DNA of 62,422 bases, filler included, from Nemertoderma westbladi (taxonomy: Eukaryota; Animalia; Xenacoelomorpha), in assembly GCA_032718475.1 (NCBI GenBank). It is 3 parts of 3 records of this genome, joined end to end, with 100 filler letters (N's around TTAATTAATTAA, not from the genome) between each part and the next. Parts side by side here need not be neighbours in the genome. Positions count along the whole stretch, not along the records: positions 13,592 to 39,175 come from JAUCBJ010005312.1; positions 39,276 to 62,422 come from JAUCBJ010003598.1; 1 more part is not named here. One strand, written 5' to 3'. The notes beneath the pieces were generated by a model that saw nothing but the letters and a program-made list of their open reading frames with translations, was not told where the DNA came from and did no database searches. Below, piece by piece: positions 36,801 through 48,937 of this stretch (position 1 is the stretch's first letter; each line of letters opens with the position of its first letter). Both the position numbers and the translations under genes were made by a program.

Positions 36801-39175
36801 TCTTGTTGCACACGGAATTTGAAGGAACCCGCACGAGTCAGGTAAGTGAGCCCAAACTACATGTCCAATTCAGTGATGTAAACGACACTGACCACAGCTC
36901 TGAGATGGAAGGATTTTACACGGACGAATTCTCTGACGAAAACGAATCCTGTTATATGATAAACACCGCAGTGTATCGAGCGCTTACGTATGAGACTGAC
37001 ACCGATAATGAAGCGCAACCGACTATTCCTGACCGGCAACCATCTTGGAAAGCGCCGACTTCCAACGTAGGAATCCGGGAATTCCCTGTAGTGCAGCTGA
37101 GAGTCTACGGGCTAAGTAAGTGTTTTATAGTAAACGCCCTCCTTAACTCCAGCAGCACAGGTACATTCATCGACAAAGAACTAGCCAAAGACATCTTTGC
37201 TGGACAACCCAAGTTCCAAACTAAGTTGAACCTTTCAGGAATTATGCAGGTTTGGAAATCCACAGTAGCTACAGACTACTATGTAGGAGCGTTGTCCACT
37301 CCCCAGGATGAACTAGGAGAACATAGCATAAGGTCAGTAAAAATGGTGGCGATAAAGAACTTTGCTACCAGCCAAGTGGAACCTTATAACTGGGATGAAT
37401 ATCATTTTACCCAGCAGCATGATATTCCTAGATTCAAAACTGACTGCCCAGGGGTACAGATATTGATTGGCCAAAATGCGCATGAGGCGCTAGAGACATT
37501 AGAAAAACGGCCTGCTCGACCGCAACCATTACAAACCTATGCGGGAAGAACGAGAGTAGGTTGGTACTTCACTGGACCTTCCCGTCGAACACTGATGGAA
37601 AGATGCCCTCAAGAAAGAGTACATCAGGTGAGTGAATGGGAAGAAGAAATCAGTGAGGAAGAAACCACAACTGAGGGAACACCATACTCCTCAGATAACG
37701 ACGATATTACCCAATTATTCGACGAGGAAAATACAATCAACCTCCTCACCGAAAATGAAACTTGGCAAAACCAAGTGAACCTGTTCCATCTTATCAACCA
37801 TGGCGGACAATTCACCTACAATGACGAATTGAACGAGGTGATAGATTGATACAACAGTAGGATTCGCGATGAACACGCCGTACGATTCTTTACTCAAGAA
37901 GCAGTAGAGCCTAATTCCTACGACAAGGCCTTGTCAGTAGAGGAGGAGAGAGCCAAGCAGATTCAGGAAACGACTACCCGTTTTCTTAAAGATCAAGGGT
38001 GTTATGAGATCAGTCTTCCGTTCCGACGGCGAGAATCCAACTTTATCAATAACAGACCCTTAGCGGAAAAGAGAATCACGCAACTACATCGGCGTCTTAC
38101 GGCAAATGCTTCAGCTAAGGAAATGTATAAGTCCCAGCTGAAGAAATTCATCAACAAGGGATACACGGAGCAAATACCGAAAGAAACACCCACCACAGAG
38201 AGAACGTATTATCTAACACATCATTACGTTCCCAAACCCGGTAAACCCAACGAAGTCCGGGTAGTGTTCGATGGCTCCGCCCTTTATATGGGCCAATCCC
38301 TGAACTCCGAATTGTTGCCGGGACCCAACTTACTCCAATCCTTGTTGGGAATACTATTAAGATTACAGCAATATTCTATCGCTTTCGCTTCGGATATAGA
38401 AGGCATGTTCTTACAAGTCAAGGCGTTGGATAGGGATCGAGACAGCTTACGATTTCTGTGGTGGCCTGAAGGAGACCTCAACCAAAAACCGGTGGAGTAC
38501 TGGATGACTATCCAGGCATTCGGGATCATCTCGAGCCCCTCGAACGCTTGTTCAGTAGTGCGCACCACTGCTGACGACAACCGAGACGCCTTCTCTAAAG
38601 CGGTTATCGACAACATCAAACGGGATATATACATGGACGACAATTTAAAGTCTCTCCCATTGATGTTGCCAAGGGAACGGTAGAGTGTTTGCGAGTAACT
38701 CCCGTGAGTTTCTGGAATCGATCCTGGTAGAAGACTGAGGTGTTAAAGATCTATACCTCATCAAGGACGATCTTCCGGAAACCAAGACTCTTGGTTTGAA
38801 ATGGGACACGGAGAGAGATATCCTGTTTTTCCAGTTAAAACAGCGAGATAATCCAGTTAGAACTAAACGGATTTGTCTAAGTATCCTGAGCACTTATTTC
38901 GATCCATTGGGATTTATTAGCCCAGTTATATTGGTTGCTCGGAGCTTAGTGCAACAAATGTGGCTTGAAAACCACTCGTGGGACGATCCACTTAAGGGAG
39001 AACTGCTAAAGAAGTGGATGAAATGGGAAGATTCTCTACCTTCCATCGAGAACTTTATTAATTCCCGTTCATATTTTGGTCACGTTCTCCCCACGTATTC
39101 CTATCAACTCCATGTATTTGGAGACGCCAGTGATATGGGAATAGGTATAGTAGCCTACCTGAGGGTTGAAACTCC
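33858..39175 (+). pseudogene. BEL/Pao gag-pol polyprotein, disrupted
   Basis: DUF1759-like KFNGDEMKWLPF...EKLRFLIECLEG and three Zn knuckles (CVLCDG.HRLNAC, CYNCLRRGHQRRTC, CAKCGAKHHILLH). Protease ALLNSSS (normally ALLDSGS), RT RVVFDGSA/PGPNLL/SDIEGMF/YMDD, and Pao region FDPLGFISP/LHVFGDAS. In-frame TGA at 35694 and 37847, frameshifts at ~36635 and ~38660. Confidence 0.92.
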
Positions 39176-39275
39176 NNNNNNNNNNNNNNNNNNNNNNNNN
39201 NNNNNNNNNNNNNNNNNNNTTAATTAATTAANNNNNNNNNNNNNNNNNNNNNNNNNNNNNNNNNNNNNNNNNNNN
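39176..39275. other. Assembly gap/linker (44 N + TTAATTAATTAA + 44 N)
   Basis: Direct inspection. Confidence 0.95.
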
Positions 39276-40044
39276 AACGTTATTTTACATTAAAATATAA
39301 CCATATAATATAACCAACCAATTTTATAAATTTATTTTAATGTCGCGTTATATATATTTTCGCTAATGTTTCCAATGTTTAACTTTAATATTTTACTAAT
39401 GTTTTACTAATGTTTCATTCTCTATTACATCGTCAACACAATTATTCGCAATACATCCGGGTGTGGGTATACCGGGCAAAGGGGCCAGAGGAAACCTCTG
39501 TAATTATAGACAGGGCCATATTTATGGGAGGGGGGGGGGGGGGGGGGGGGTGTTGCGAGGTCCCATATGCACTAATAATTCTTAATTAACCATTAGATTT
39601 TTAAACTGATATGTCGTGTAAGGCACCAATTGACATCAAACAGAAACAGACAACAGAGCACCAATTTCCCACAACAATATTCGCAGAATTAAAACTTTCT
39701 CTACAAACAGACCGAGCCATGTGGTTTAGTTAACAGCATACATTTAGTAAAGCCCACAAAGGAACTGCGAGGCCCCTTCCCCATGTGGTGCCTCACTCAA
39801 CCAGAGTAATTATCCATCCCGTACAGGAAGAGTAATGCTGAGTATGGCACAGTTGGAAGTCAACCTAACTCAAACCATGGCGCCAGACTCTAGTTTGAGT
39901 TAGATTGAGCTGGCTGCATCTTTCTGATTTCTCAACTCTTACCCCAGTCTTACCTACTGAAATTCTCCGTTGACTATCATTAGTAAAAGGTTTGAGAAAT
40001 GATACCCAGTTTGAGAAATAATATTCAGAATGAGATAGGGACTG

Positions 40045-40674
40045 TATAAGTGCTATTCTACATGACAGGTCAGAAAAAAAATTTTTCCGCTATTTAATAT
40101 TAGTTAATACTAGTTAACAATAAAAAAAAACTTGGTTGCGCTTAAAACCCTAAGGCTTTTACAGTTTTGAACCTAATCACATGAAAGTTTTTTTATATGA
40201 TAGATCAAAGATGGGGCAACATAACTATCAGGCGAAATTTTGTGAAAATAATTCTGCACCGCTAGGTGGCGCTGCAAATTTATGCTAATTTTTAGGATTT
40301 TTTATAAATAGTATTAAATTTTATTAACAAAAAATTTCGAAAAGTTGCCTGATACTTTTAGGCAGGGTGGCAATCTAGACACCCACAGGAAGTTTCAGAC
40401 TAATCACTCAAAAATTGTAGAAGTAGTAGGGTTTTGAAGTTGACAATTTCATGAAAAAAAATATTTGGAGATAATCGACCTTTCATTATACATAGTAATA
40501 GTAATTTCAATAGGATTCCCTAAATGGAAATTTACATAACTTGAAAACTAAAAGAGCTATTAAATAGCGGTTTTCAGATTTGGAAACACCATTCAATGGT
40601 GCATTATATTAGACCATAAAAAAATTTCGACATATTTTGGACCAAAATGGTGTACCCCCCCCCCCCCCCCCCCC
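40045..40674. mobile_element. Probable non-autonomous TTAA-targeting DNA element (Kolobok- or piggyBac-type)
   Basis: Right end (C)n-TTAA at 40675-40678 with a MITE-like interior (CCGCTAGGTGGCGCTG, CATAACTTGAAAACT). The left end is not resolved. Confidence 0.3.
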
Positions 40675-40725
40675 TTAACACTATCGCTTAATAGGTAATT
40701 GTAGGTAAATGATAGTTATAGGTAA

Positions 40726-41450
40726 TTGATGCAGACTTGAATAAAGTCTCCCAGGAATGTTAACAATGCATGCTGATCCACTCCATCTGTAGCTGCTTGT
40801 AGATTGTGGTAGAAATTTTCCACCTCCTCTACTGGGGCAACGCTAGTTGGAGAATATCACAACATCAGAACCATTTTAGGAAACATCTCAGAACAGAAGA
40901 AATGGCAGCGGATGATGCGGTTGGAAATTTTGTCTATTTTGGCCAATGCTGCATGTGCATTTGGATTCATCAATGGACCAAAATTTCCCAATTACCACCA
41001 TCATCTGCTGATGCGAGGGCAAGTCGCCAACTGGCCCCCATGTCCTTAATCAGAACCTCATCGGGGACCCGAGTGTTAGGTGTTTACTGAGGCTAGTCTA
41101 GTGACTTGCCTCAGATTCACTAATGGCTTTGTTGGTGGGGGTGGAACATGAGAGTAGCCTCCAACTCCAGAATCCCTCTCCCCCTCACATTCTGGCCTCC
41201 CTGGTGACTCAGGGTTTGGGCCAGAAAGGCCATCAGGAAAGGGACTCAAAGAATTGTTGACTGCTCTCTTTCCAGTAGGGGGTGAGACAGGCAGCCGGTC
41301 AGGAGATAACTGACGCCTGTGAGGCCGATTGTGTTCGGTAATTCCACTGGCCTCTAGTGGCTGGACCTCCGCATTACTAATGTAATCCATAGGGGGGGTT
41401 GGGGTTCTTTTTTGCCGAGTCAGCTCTCAGGGCAATTACCGCACCCTGGT
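40726..41450 (-). mobile_element. RTE 5' fragment with internal deletions
   Basis: Reverse complement of ~22124-22946. ORF 41076-41390 preserves the intact N-terminus MDYISNAEV...VSPPTGKRAVNNSLSPFPD...RLASVNT. Confidence 0.9.
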
Positions 41451-42071
41451 AATGTCCGACAACATCAGTACCAGTAGTAGAATGTCCGACAACATCAGTA
41501 CCAGTAGTAGAATGTCCGACAATATCAGTACTAATAGTAGAACGTCCGACAATATCAGTAGCAGCAGTTAAATATCCGACACTATCAGTACCAGTAGTAT
41601 ATGTCCTACAATATCAGTACCAGTTATAGAATGTCCGACAATATCAATACCAGTAGTTAAATGTCCAACATTATCAGTTCTAATAGTAGAATGTCCGAAA
41701 ATATCAGTACCAGTAGTAGAATGTCCGACAACACAAGTACCAGTAGTAGAATATCCGACAATATCAGTACCAGTTGTGGAATGTCCGACAATATCAGTAC
41801 CAGTAGTTAAATGTCCGACATTATCAGTACCAATAGTTAAATGTCCGACATTATTAGTACTAATAGTATAATTTCCGTCAATATCAGGACCAGTAGTAGA
41901 ATGTCCGACATTATCAGTACTAATAGTAGAATGTCCGACAATATCAGTAGCAGTAATATAATGTCCGACAATATCAGTACCAATAGTAGAATGTCCGACA
42001 ATATCAGTACCAATAGTAGAATCTCCGACAATATCAGTAGCAGTAATTGAATGTCCGACAATAACAGTACT
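41451..42071. repeat. 30-bp minisatellite (AATGTCCGACAATATCAGTACCAGTAGTAG)n, about 21 copies
   Basis: Direct inspection. Confidence 0.95.
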
Positions 42072-44985
42072 ACAGAGGCAGTTGAAGGTACGACAATATA
42101 TCAGTGTCAAAAGAATATTAGCATAGAATTACATATTAGCGTTATGTTTTTAGGTTTGTTGGACGCCAGACAATGCATCCTATCGTGTAGTGGTGTGGCT
42201 TGTGTACAGTACTGTATATTGGGTTGTGGGACTGTAGGGCTGAAGGCCTCCAATTGTTTGTTGTCTTAGCTTGCTTGTTTGACCGACAGGCCGGAAACTA
42301 AAACAACTGATCAATTAGATTTATAAGTTACGATTGCCTGCAGTGACTGCTAATGGACTGACTGACTATTAATCTTCAGGGAAAACCTCCCGGGATATGA
42401 ACGTTCTTTGCTGTAATCTCGCATCCCTCAATACTAACTATCTTATTGGCTTCCCAGTGAGATTGCACCTACAGTACTACTGTAGGCTACCTATCTACAC
42501 TAGCTATAGTGCAATGTTATAATATTCATAATTTTCCATTTGATTTTATTAAATACTCTGGCCTATATAATTTATATTAAATTTTAAACATTGTTATTTC
42601 ATTGTAAGGATGTTGTATTTTACAGTTTTTGTCCTTAATTAATTATAATATCTTTAATCAATATAATATGTAATACATTTTCTTCTAAATCACTTTTTGA
42701 TTATTAATGTAAATTTAAATCTTCATTTTACAATGAAGGTTTTATTGGATAATATTAGGACGCCGAATTGCCAAATTATATACTGTAGGTCCCTAAAATA
42801 TCGGCGTTACTGTACATCAAAGTAAATTTAACGATATTAATTCCGGGGGTTGTGAGGGGGTTGGGGGTGGGGGGCGTCATTCTGACACCCCCCCCCCCCC
42901 CCCGGGGTTTGTTTCTTATAACTCTGAAACAAACGCAGTTAGAGATCTGAAATTATATGACTTTTCGTAAAAATCTATTGTCTTCCGAATATTGAAAACG
43001 ATTTTTAAAAATATTGGGAAGTTTTCGAGTAATAGCACAATTTTTTACCCTTCTGTTGGCACCTTTTTTTGAGACGTTTTTGAAAATTGCATTGCATTAA
43101 ATATGATTTGAAACATCTCTATTTTTATTTACACAGGTTTTTGGTGTTTGCAATTAGATATATAATATAAGTTAGAAATTTAAAACTTGTTTCTTTCGGC
43201 GGGTGCCAAATTTTGGTAGCACCACCAAATTTTGAAATATTTCAATTTTGTAAATTGATTGTTTGAAACTATGCTTTCCGCAATAGGGGTTTTTTGGGGT
43301 TCTGGTTTCGATGGAATATACTGTATACAAGTTGCACCAGGCATATCAAACTTGAATTTTTAGGGGAGCTGTGTGCAAAATTTCGTGCCAGCACGAAATT
43401 TTGGAAATCTATTTAATAGCATTATATATTTGTAGACTAACTACAGACTTTGTAGATTACTAACTAGACATCTCAAACCTATACTTTTTCGAAGTGGGAG
43501 CGAAGCGAATTTTGTAAAATGTCAATTTTGTAAATTGATTGTTTGAACCTGTGTTTTGAGCTACGGGGGTTTTTGAGGAGTTCTGGCTTCGATGGAATAT
43601 ATACCAGTTGCACCTGGCATATCAGGCATGTATTTTTCGGACATCTTTTTCGGACATTGGACGTGTGTGCAAAATTTGGTGCTAGCACCAAATTTTGAAA
43701 CCCATCAAATATATCAATTGATTCTGTCACCTTTTTTCTTGCGTTTATGAGGGTTTTGAATCTTATGGAATCAATAAATACAGCACTGGACATCTCACAC
43801 TTGTACTTTATGGTGATGGGTACCAAATTTGGTGCTTGCACCAATATTTGCCTTATTACCTCAAAAAATACGAGTACTGTAGCAATGATCTAGAAAATTA
43901 GAAATGTATATTCCATTATAATCAGCGCCTCGGAAAACCTGAAAATTTGATTTTATGGCATAGTATAAGCCAATTTAAATTTTTGTGTTCAAACTGAAAA
44001 GTGCTGGTTTCTTGTTTTTTTTTCAGTTTTTGCCTACTTAGAGGACTGAAACTGCCATATTTCTACAATCAGATCATTTTTAAATATCTTCCAATGGATT
44101 CAGCTCTCCAAAAACCTATACAGTAGTGAAAAAAGATTTAGCTGAAAATTGTTACTTTCACATTTTTTAAAATTGTTCACTACTTGAAATTTTGGTGCTG
44201 CAAAATAACCACCCCACTAAATTTCTTCGATATTTTTTTTCTACCCGATTTAGACTAGTGAAATCTACCCACAAACAAAAAATCAGACGTTTTCGTTAAA
44301 ATTTATAGTTTTTAGATCGAGATAGAGATTTTTACGAACAATTCCGACCCGGACAACTCCGACTTGGAGAATTCGGAAACGGACAATTCCGACCCGGACC
44401 ATTCGGACACTAATAATTTAAAAATAAGAATTATACTGTACCAAATAATATTTTTATTTGTTGTAAGCAAGGCGTACTACAGTATATACAAGGCCATGCC
44501 ATCGAGTTAACTGGGGGCGGTGACTGGGGGCAAGATTTTTTTTACAACAAATTGATATTTTGATATGGGGAGTGTTCTATAAATTTTAATTTGCTGCAAT
44601 TTGGTCAATGGACGTAATTGAAGCATCCTCGTAAATTAAGATACAAAATGTTATGGTACCGGTAGCTATAGTGTTTTATGTAGGTTTAGCAAGTAATTTC
44701 GACACTGGTTCCGACAACCTACTTCCCTCTATAAATATTTTGTAGTAGCTAGTTCTTTCTACTATTTGTATAGAAAATGTTCCAGAAGATGTTAGCTATT
44801 CATTTTAAAAAAAAATTATGTTCTTGAAAAAATATTTTTTGTTCTAGAACATTTTTTAGAAAAAAAACTGGATTCTATTTAAAACGCATGGAATCGATCT
44901 AAAACGTGTTTAAAACCAATAAAAAACACAAAAATTCTATTTCACAATATTTTTTTTGAAAATCAATTTTTTTTATTGGTGTTAA

Positions 44986-47758
44986 CCTTTGTGCAACCTT
45001 GGGGTCACATATGACCCTTTGGCATGTTTATAAGGCTGCATGCATGAAATGGGTAATCTATATGCTATGTCATATACGCTATTCCTTCACTGTGATTGGC
45101 TAATTAAATCAACCATACATATTTGCCCATCCAATTAGGGGTAATGGAGAAAAGTTACTTTAACATACCTGGGGTCAGGTGTGACTCCAAGGCATTTTAT
45201 TTTGTTTTTGGAGGGATATTCAATAAATATATTATTAAATTTGTTGAACAAAGTGTGACAATTCTGATATTGCAGTTACTGGTACACGGTACTGTACCGG
45301 TACCGGTACACGGTACTGTACAATAGACAGAATCTCCCTTTTACATCTTATAATAATCATTAACATGGATGACGTGCAAGGTGATGTCGAACAGCCGTTG
45401 AGAAAAGAATATCCCCGAAGAAATCGTTTACCACGCCAGCAATTGCCCTATCAACATCTGAATATTGCACCGATTTTAGAACAGAATAATGACGATAAAA
45501 ACGATTGCACTGTTGATGATGACGACGATGATCAATCGAGTAGTGATGAATCTGAAGCCGGAGTACCAATACAAGAGGCAGATGATGAAAGCCCTGATAG
45601 CGATTCCAACGATGAATTGGATGGCAGTGATGTGGATTGTGACGGTGAATATGGCGGCGATTCTGAATTCCATTCTCGTCATAAGGACACTAATAAAACC
45701 ATTAATTGGGGAAAGAATCCACCAACAATAGCAGGGAAGGTTCGACCACAAAACATTATCCATGGTAGAACAGGTTCAACACGGCTTGCTGTGACATCAT
45801 GTAGTTTTATTTCCTCGGCATTTTCGCTATTTTTTACTGATAGAATGATGAATCTAGTTGTTGAAATGACGAATTTACATGCTATTGCTAAATCTGCTAA
45901 AAAGTGGAAAGAACTGACAACTGAAGAACTCCAAGCCTATGTGGGACTGTTAGTTTTATCAGGAGTTTATCGTTCTGCTAATGAAGCTATTGTTCAGCTG
46001 TGGAATAGTGAATCCGGTTGGCCCGATTTTCGCTGCAACAATGTCTAAAAATAGGTTTTCAGAAATATCTGGAATGCTGCGTTTTGATGAAAAATCTAAA
46101 CGTCGCCGTGAAGTCGATAAATTTGCCGCGATTCGTGATTTATGGGATAAATTTACGAATCAGTTAGCATTAGCATATGTTCCAAAAGAGTATCTCTGCG
46201 TTGATGAAACATTAGTCAAATTTAGAGGGCGTTGCTCCTTCCGTCAATATATGCCGCAGAAACCTGCAAAATATGGGCTGAAGTTTTGGACATGTACATC
46301 TGTTACAGCTGAAAACAATAATTACATTTACAATGTTCAACCGTATCTTGGAAAGCAGGAAGGTGACAGCCCTGAGCGGAATCAAGGTCAGAGAGTTGCT
46401 TTGGAGCTAACTGTTGGGTTGCCAGGACGAAATGTGACAACTGACAACTTTTACACCTCGTACAGTTTGGGTCAGGAGATGTTGAAACGAAAGCAAACCT
46501 TATTAGGAACACTTCGAAGAAACAAACCAGAACTCCCATTGGAGTTTGCTGCTACTCAATCTCGAGAACCATTTAGCAGTTTATTTGGACATACTAATGA
46601 TACCACTATAGTTTCATATTGCCCCAAGAAAGGTAAAATTGTTGCATTACTGAGTACGATGCATAGTGGGAATGAATTATCCAGTGTTGGTGATAAGAAG
46701 AAACCTCTAATGATCATGGATTATAATAAAACTAAGGGAGGTGTAGATGCAGTAGATAAGTGTTTGGAAGAATACTCAGTGAAACGAAGAACTCGAAGAT
46801 GGCCCGTCGTTGTATTTAGTCATATAATTGGCATCTCTGGATATAATGCCTTCTGCATCTGGATGGACCTATTTCCAGACTACTTCAATCATAAACGTAA
46901 CCAACGGCGTTTGTTCTTGGAACGATTGGGTCGTGAACTAATTTGGTCCAACACTACTGACACGAACTACTATGCCTCGTAGTGAAGCAGCGTTGTTAGT
47001 TATTCGCAATGCACGTAGACTGGATGATGATAATGAAGGAAGTAATATAGCAACCTCGAATAATCTGATTTCAATAGCTGAATCACGTAAGAGAAAGCGA
47101 CGTCGATGTGTGGAATGCGATAGATCTAAAGATTTGAAAACATTTCTTTCATGTTGTAATTGTGATGATTACATTTGTAATGAGCATTGCTTCGTGATAT
47201 GTGGCAAGTGCGTGTCTAAGTTTATTAAATTTTAAACTCACATCCGAGGTCGGATTTTTAGGATGAACTCTATATTGACTGATAGTGTGCTACATGAACT
47301 ACACTTTATGAACTGTGCTATACTGTACCTCACTACACTCTGCTCTACAGTACTCATGCTCTACAGTACTCAATTATATTGAATTATTTTTTTAGAACTG
47401 TTTGTACTGTACTACATTCAATCCTTATATTATTTCGAATTGTCTCACAAGTCCAATGTTTCTCTAATTAAATGTTTCTGTAATAACTACTTAGTAAATC
47501 ATCGGTGATGGTTTTTTTTTGAAAATTTTGCATTTTAAGTGTTTTGATAGTAATTTGATTTACTCCCATAAACGCGCTGAATATGGTCTGCGGTTGAAAA
47601 ATTAGATTTTTAGCATATCTAATCTATTGATCCATGAATCTACAAGGCCGGCGTTATATTATAACGGCAAGACAGATTCTAATTGCGTAAAATATGTAAT
47701 GGGTCATATGTGACCCAAAGTGGTATTAATGTTATAAAAAATGAAGGGTGCACAAAGG
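44986..47758 (+). mobile_element. Full-length piggyBac transposon
   Basis: TTAA TSDs (44982-44985, 47759-47762) and 15-bp TIR CCTTTGTGCA(A/C)CCTT. Subterminal IRs GGGTCACATATGACCC (45002) and GGGTCATATGTGACCC (47701). Confidence 0.95.
45365..47235 (+). pseudogene. piggyBac (PGBD4-like) transposase with two frameshifts
   Basis: Acidic N-terminus and DDD triad VDET / TTDNFY / GGVDAVDK, plus KPAKYGLK. C-terminal Cys-rich domain CVEC..CCNCDDYICNEH..CGKC. Frameshifts at ~46020 and ~46950. Confidence 0.93.
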
Positions 47759-48937
47759 TTAAACACGTTTTAGAACGATTCCATGCGTTTTAAATAGAAT
47801 CCAGTTTTTTTCTAAAATATGTTCTAGAACAAAAAATATTTGTTCTAGAACATAATTTTTTTTAAATGAATAGCTAACATCTTCTGGAAAATTTTCTATA
47901 CAAATAGTAACAAGAACTAGCTACTACAAAATATTTATAGAGGGAAGTAGGATGTCGGAACCAGTGTCGAAATTACTAGCTAAACCTACCTAAACACTAG
48001 CTACCATAAAATTTTGTATCTTACTTTACGAGGATGCTTCAATTACGTCCGTTGACCAAATTGCAGCAAATGAAAATTTATAGAACTCTCCCCATATCAA
48101 AATATCAAATTGTTGTAAAAAAAATCTTGCCCACAGTCACCGCCCCCAGTTAACTCGATGGCATGGCCTTGTATATAGTACGCCTTGGTTGTAAGTCACT
48201 TTTTTGTCAAAGTCGTTAACAAGTTTGACAAAAAAATAAAACTTTTTTGTCAACAAAAAAGTAATGTTTCCATGACATTAATAATAACATTGCATTTAAA
48301 TGGATAATAGATTAAATAGATAATTATTTCTAATACTAGCTATTTTTTGTTAATTTTTTTATAGATGTTATAGAACAAGTGTTGGTTATTAATTTTGATA
48401 AATTTTTCTATTCTAGAACATTTTTTTTCAAGAACATTTTTTGGAAAAAATACCATACTACTATCAGAAGGTCAAATATTTGTTCTAGAAAAGAAATCCT
48501 CATGATAAAAGATAGAATAGTATTACTAGATAGTACTATTACTACTATACTAGATAGTATTTGCTATTTTTTTTGAAAATGTTCTGAAACTATTATAGTA
48601 GCTATCAATTAAGAAAATTATTAGTGTTCTAGAACACAGATTTGTGTTATTTACTACGGGAATTTATTAATCTATTAAAATCGATTAATTTATTTGGATT
48701 TATGTGGATCCGAAGAATTCCGTCCCGGACAATTCCGACCAGGACAATTCCGACCTAGGACAATCCCGACAACCCCGGTAATAATTGGGTTAAGTCCACT
48801 TGGATCAAATTGGCCTTGGCCGATACTGCCTTGTATTTTTGTCTTAGGCCTATATATATATGGCAGTCAACTGAGTGGGTAATCCTTGGCATAACGGCCG
48901 TAGGGGGCCAGTACAGCAGCAATATTTTGTTAAAATT

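Larger units (their letters stand above)
30464..39175 (+). mobile_element. BEL/Pao LTR retrotransposon, truncated by the gap
   Basis: gag-protease-RT-RNase H domains are present. The putative 5' LTR runs ~30464-31565 (TGT...AATAAA at 31518...GACA) and is followed by TGG at 31574, a candidate PBS. LTR bounds are unverified because there is no second LTR. Confidence 0.85.
44468..48187. mobile_element. Palindromic (foldback) MITE with P-element-type ends
   Basis: Termini CAAGGCGTAC...GTACGCCTTG, arms of about 450 bp and perfect 8-bp TSD GTTGTAAG (44460-44467, 48188-48195). Interrupted by the piggyBac. Confidence 0.85.
44337..48770. mobile_element. MULE/foldback-like remnant(s) with 15-bp GGACAATTCCGACCC arrays
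   Basis: Arrays at 44337-44410 and 48706-48770 lie in the same orientation, and the GTTCTAGAA module spans 48330-48640. No TSD found. Confidence 0.45.
42832..48789. mobile_element. Old piggyBac-type MITE hosting nested insertions
   Basis: TTAA at 42828-42831 and 48790-48793. Degenerate TIRs: CGATATTAATTCCGGGGGTTGT versus CCCAATTATTACCGGGGTTGT (reverse complement of the right end). Subterminal palindrome GGGGCGTCATTCTGACACCCC, and internal IR TTCGTAAAAATCT (42965 / 44326). Confidence 0.5.

Noticed and set aside
41568-42110. TDIVGHSTTG decapeptide ORF as an ice-binding or beta-solenoid protein
   Set aside because: It coincides exactly with a 30-bp minisatellite abutting a LINE fragment, has a frame-breaking indel near 41600 and shows no gene structure. 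It cannot be fully excluded without RNA data.
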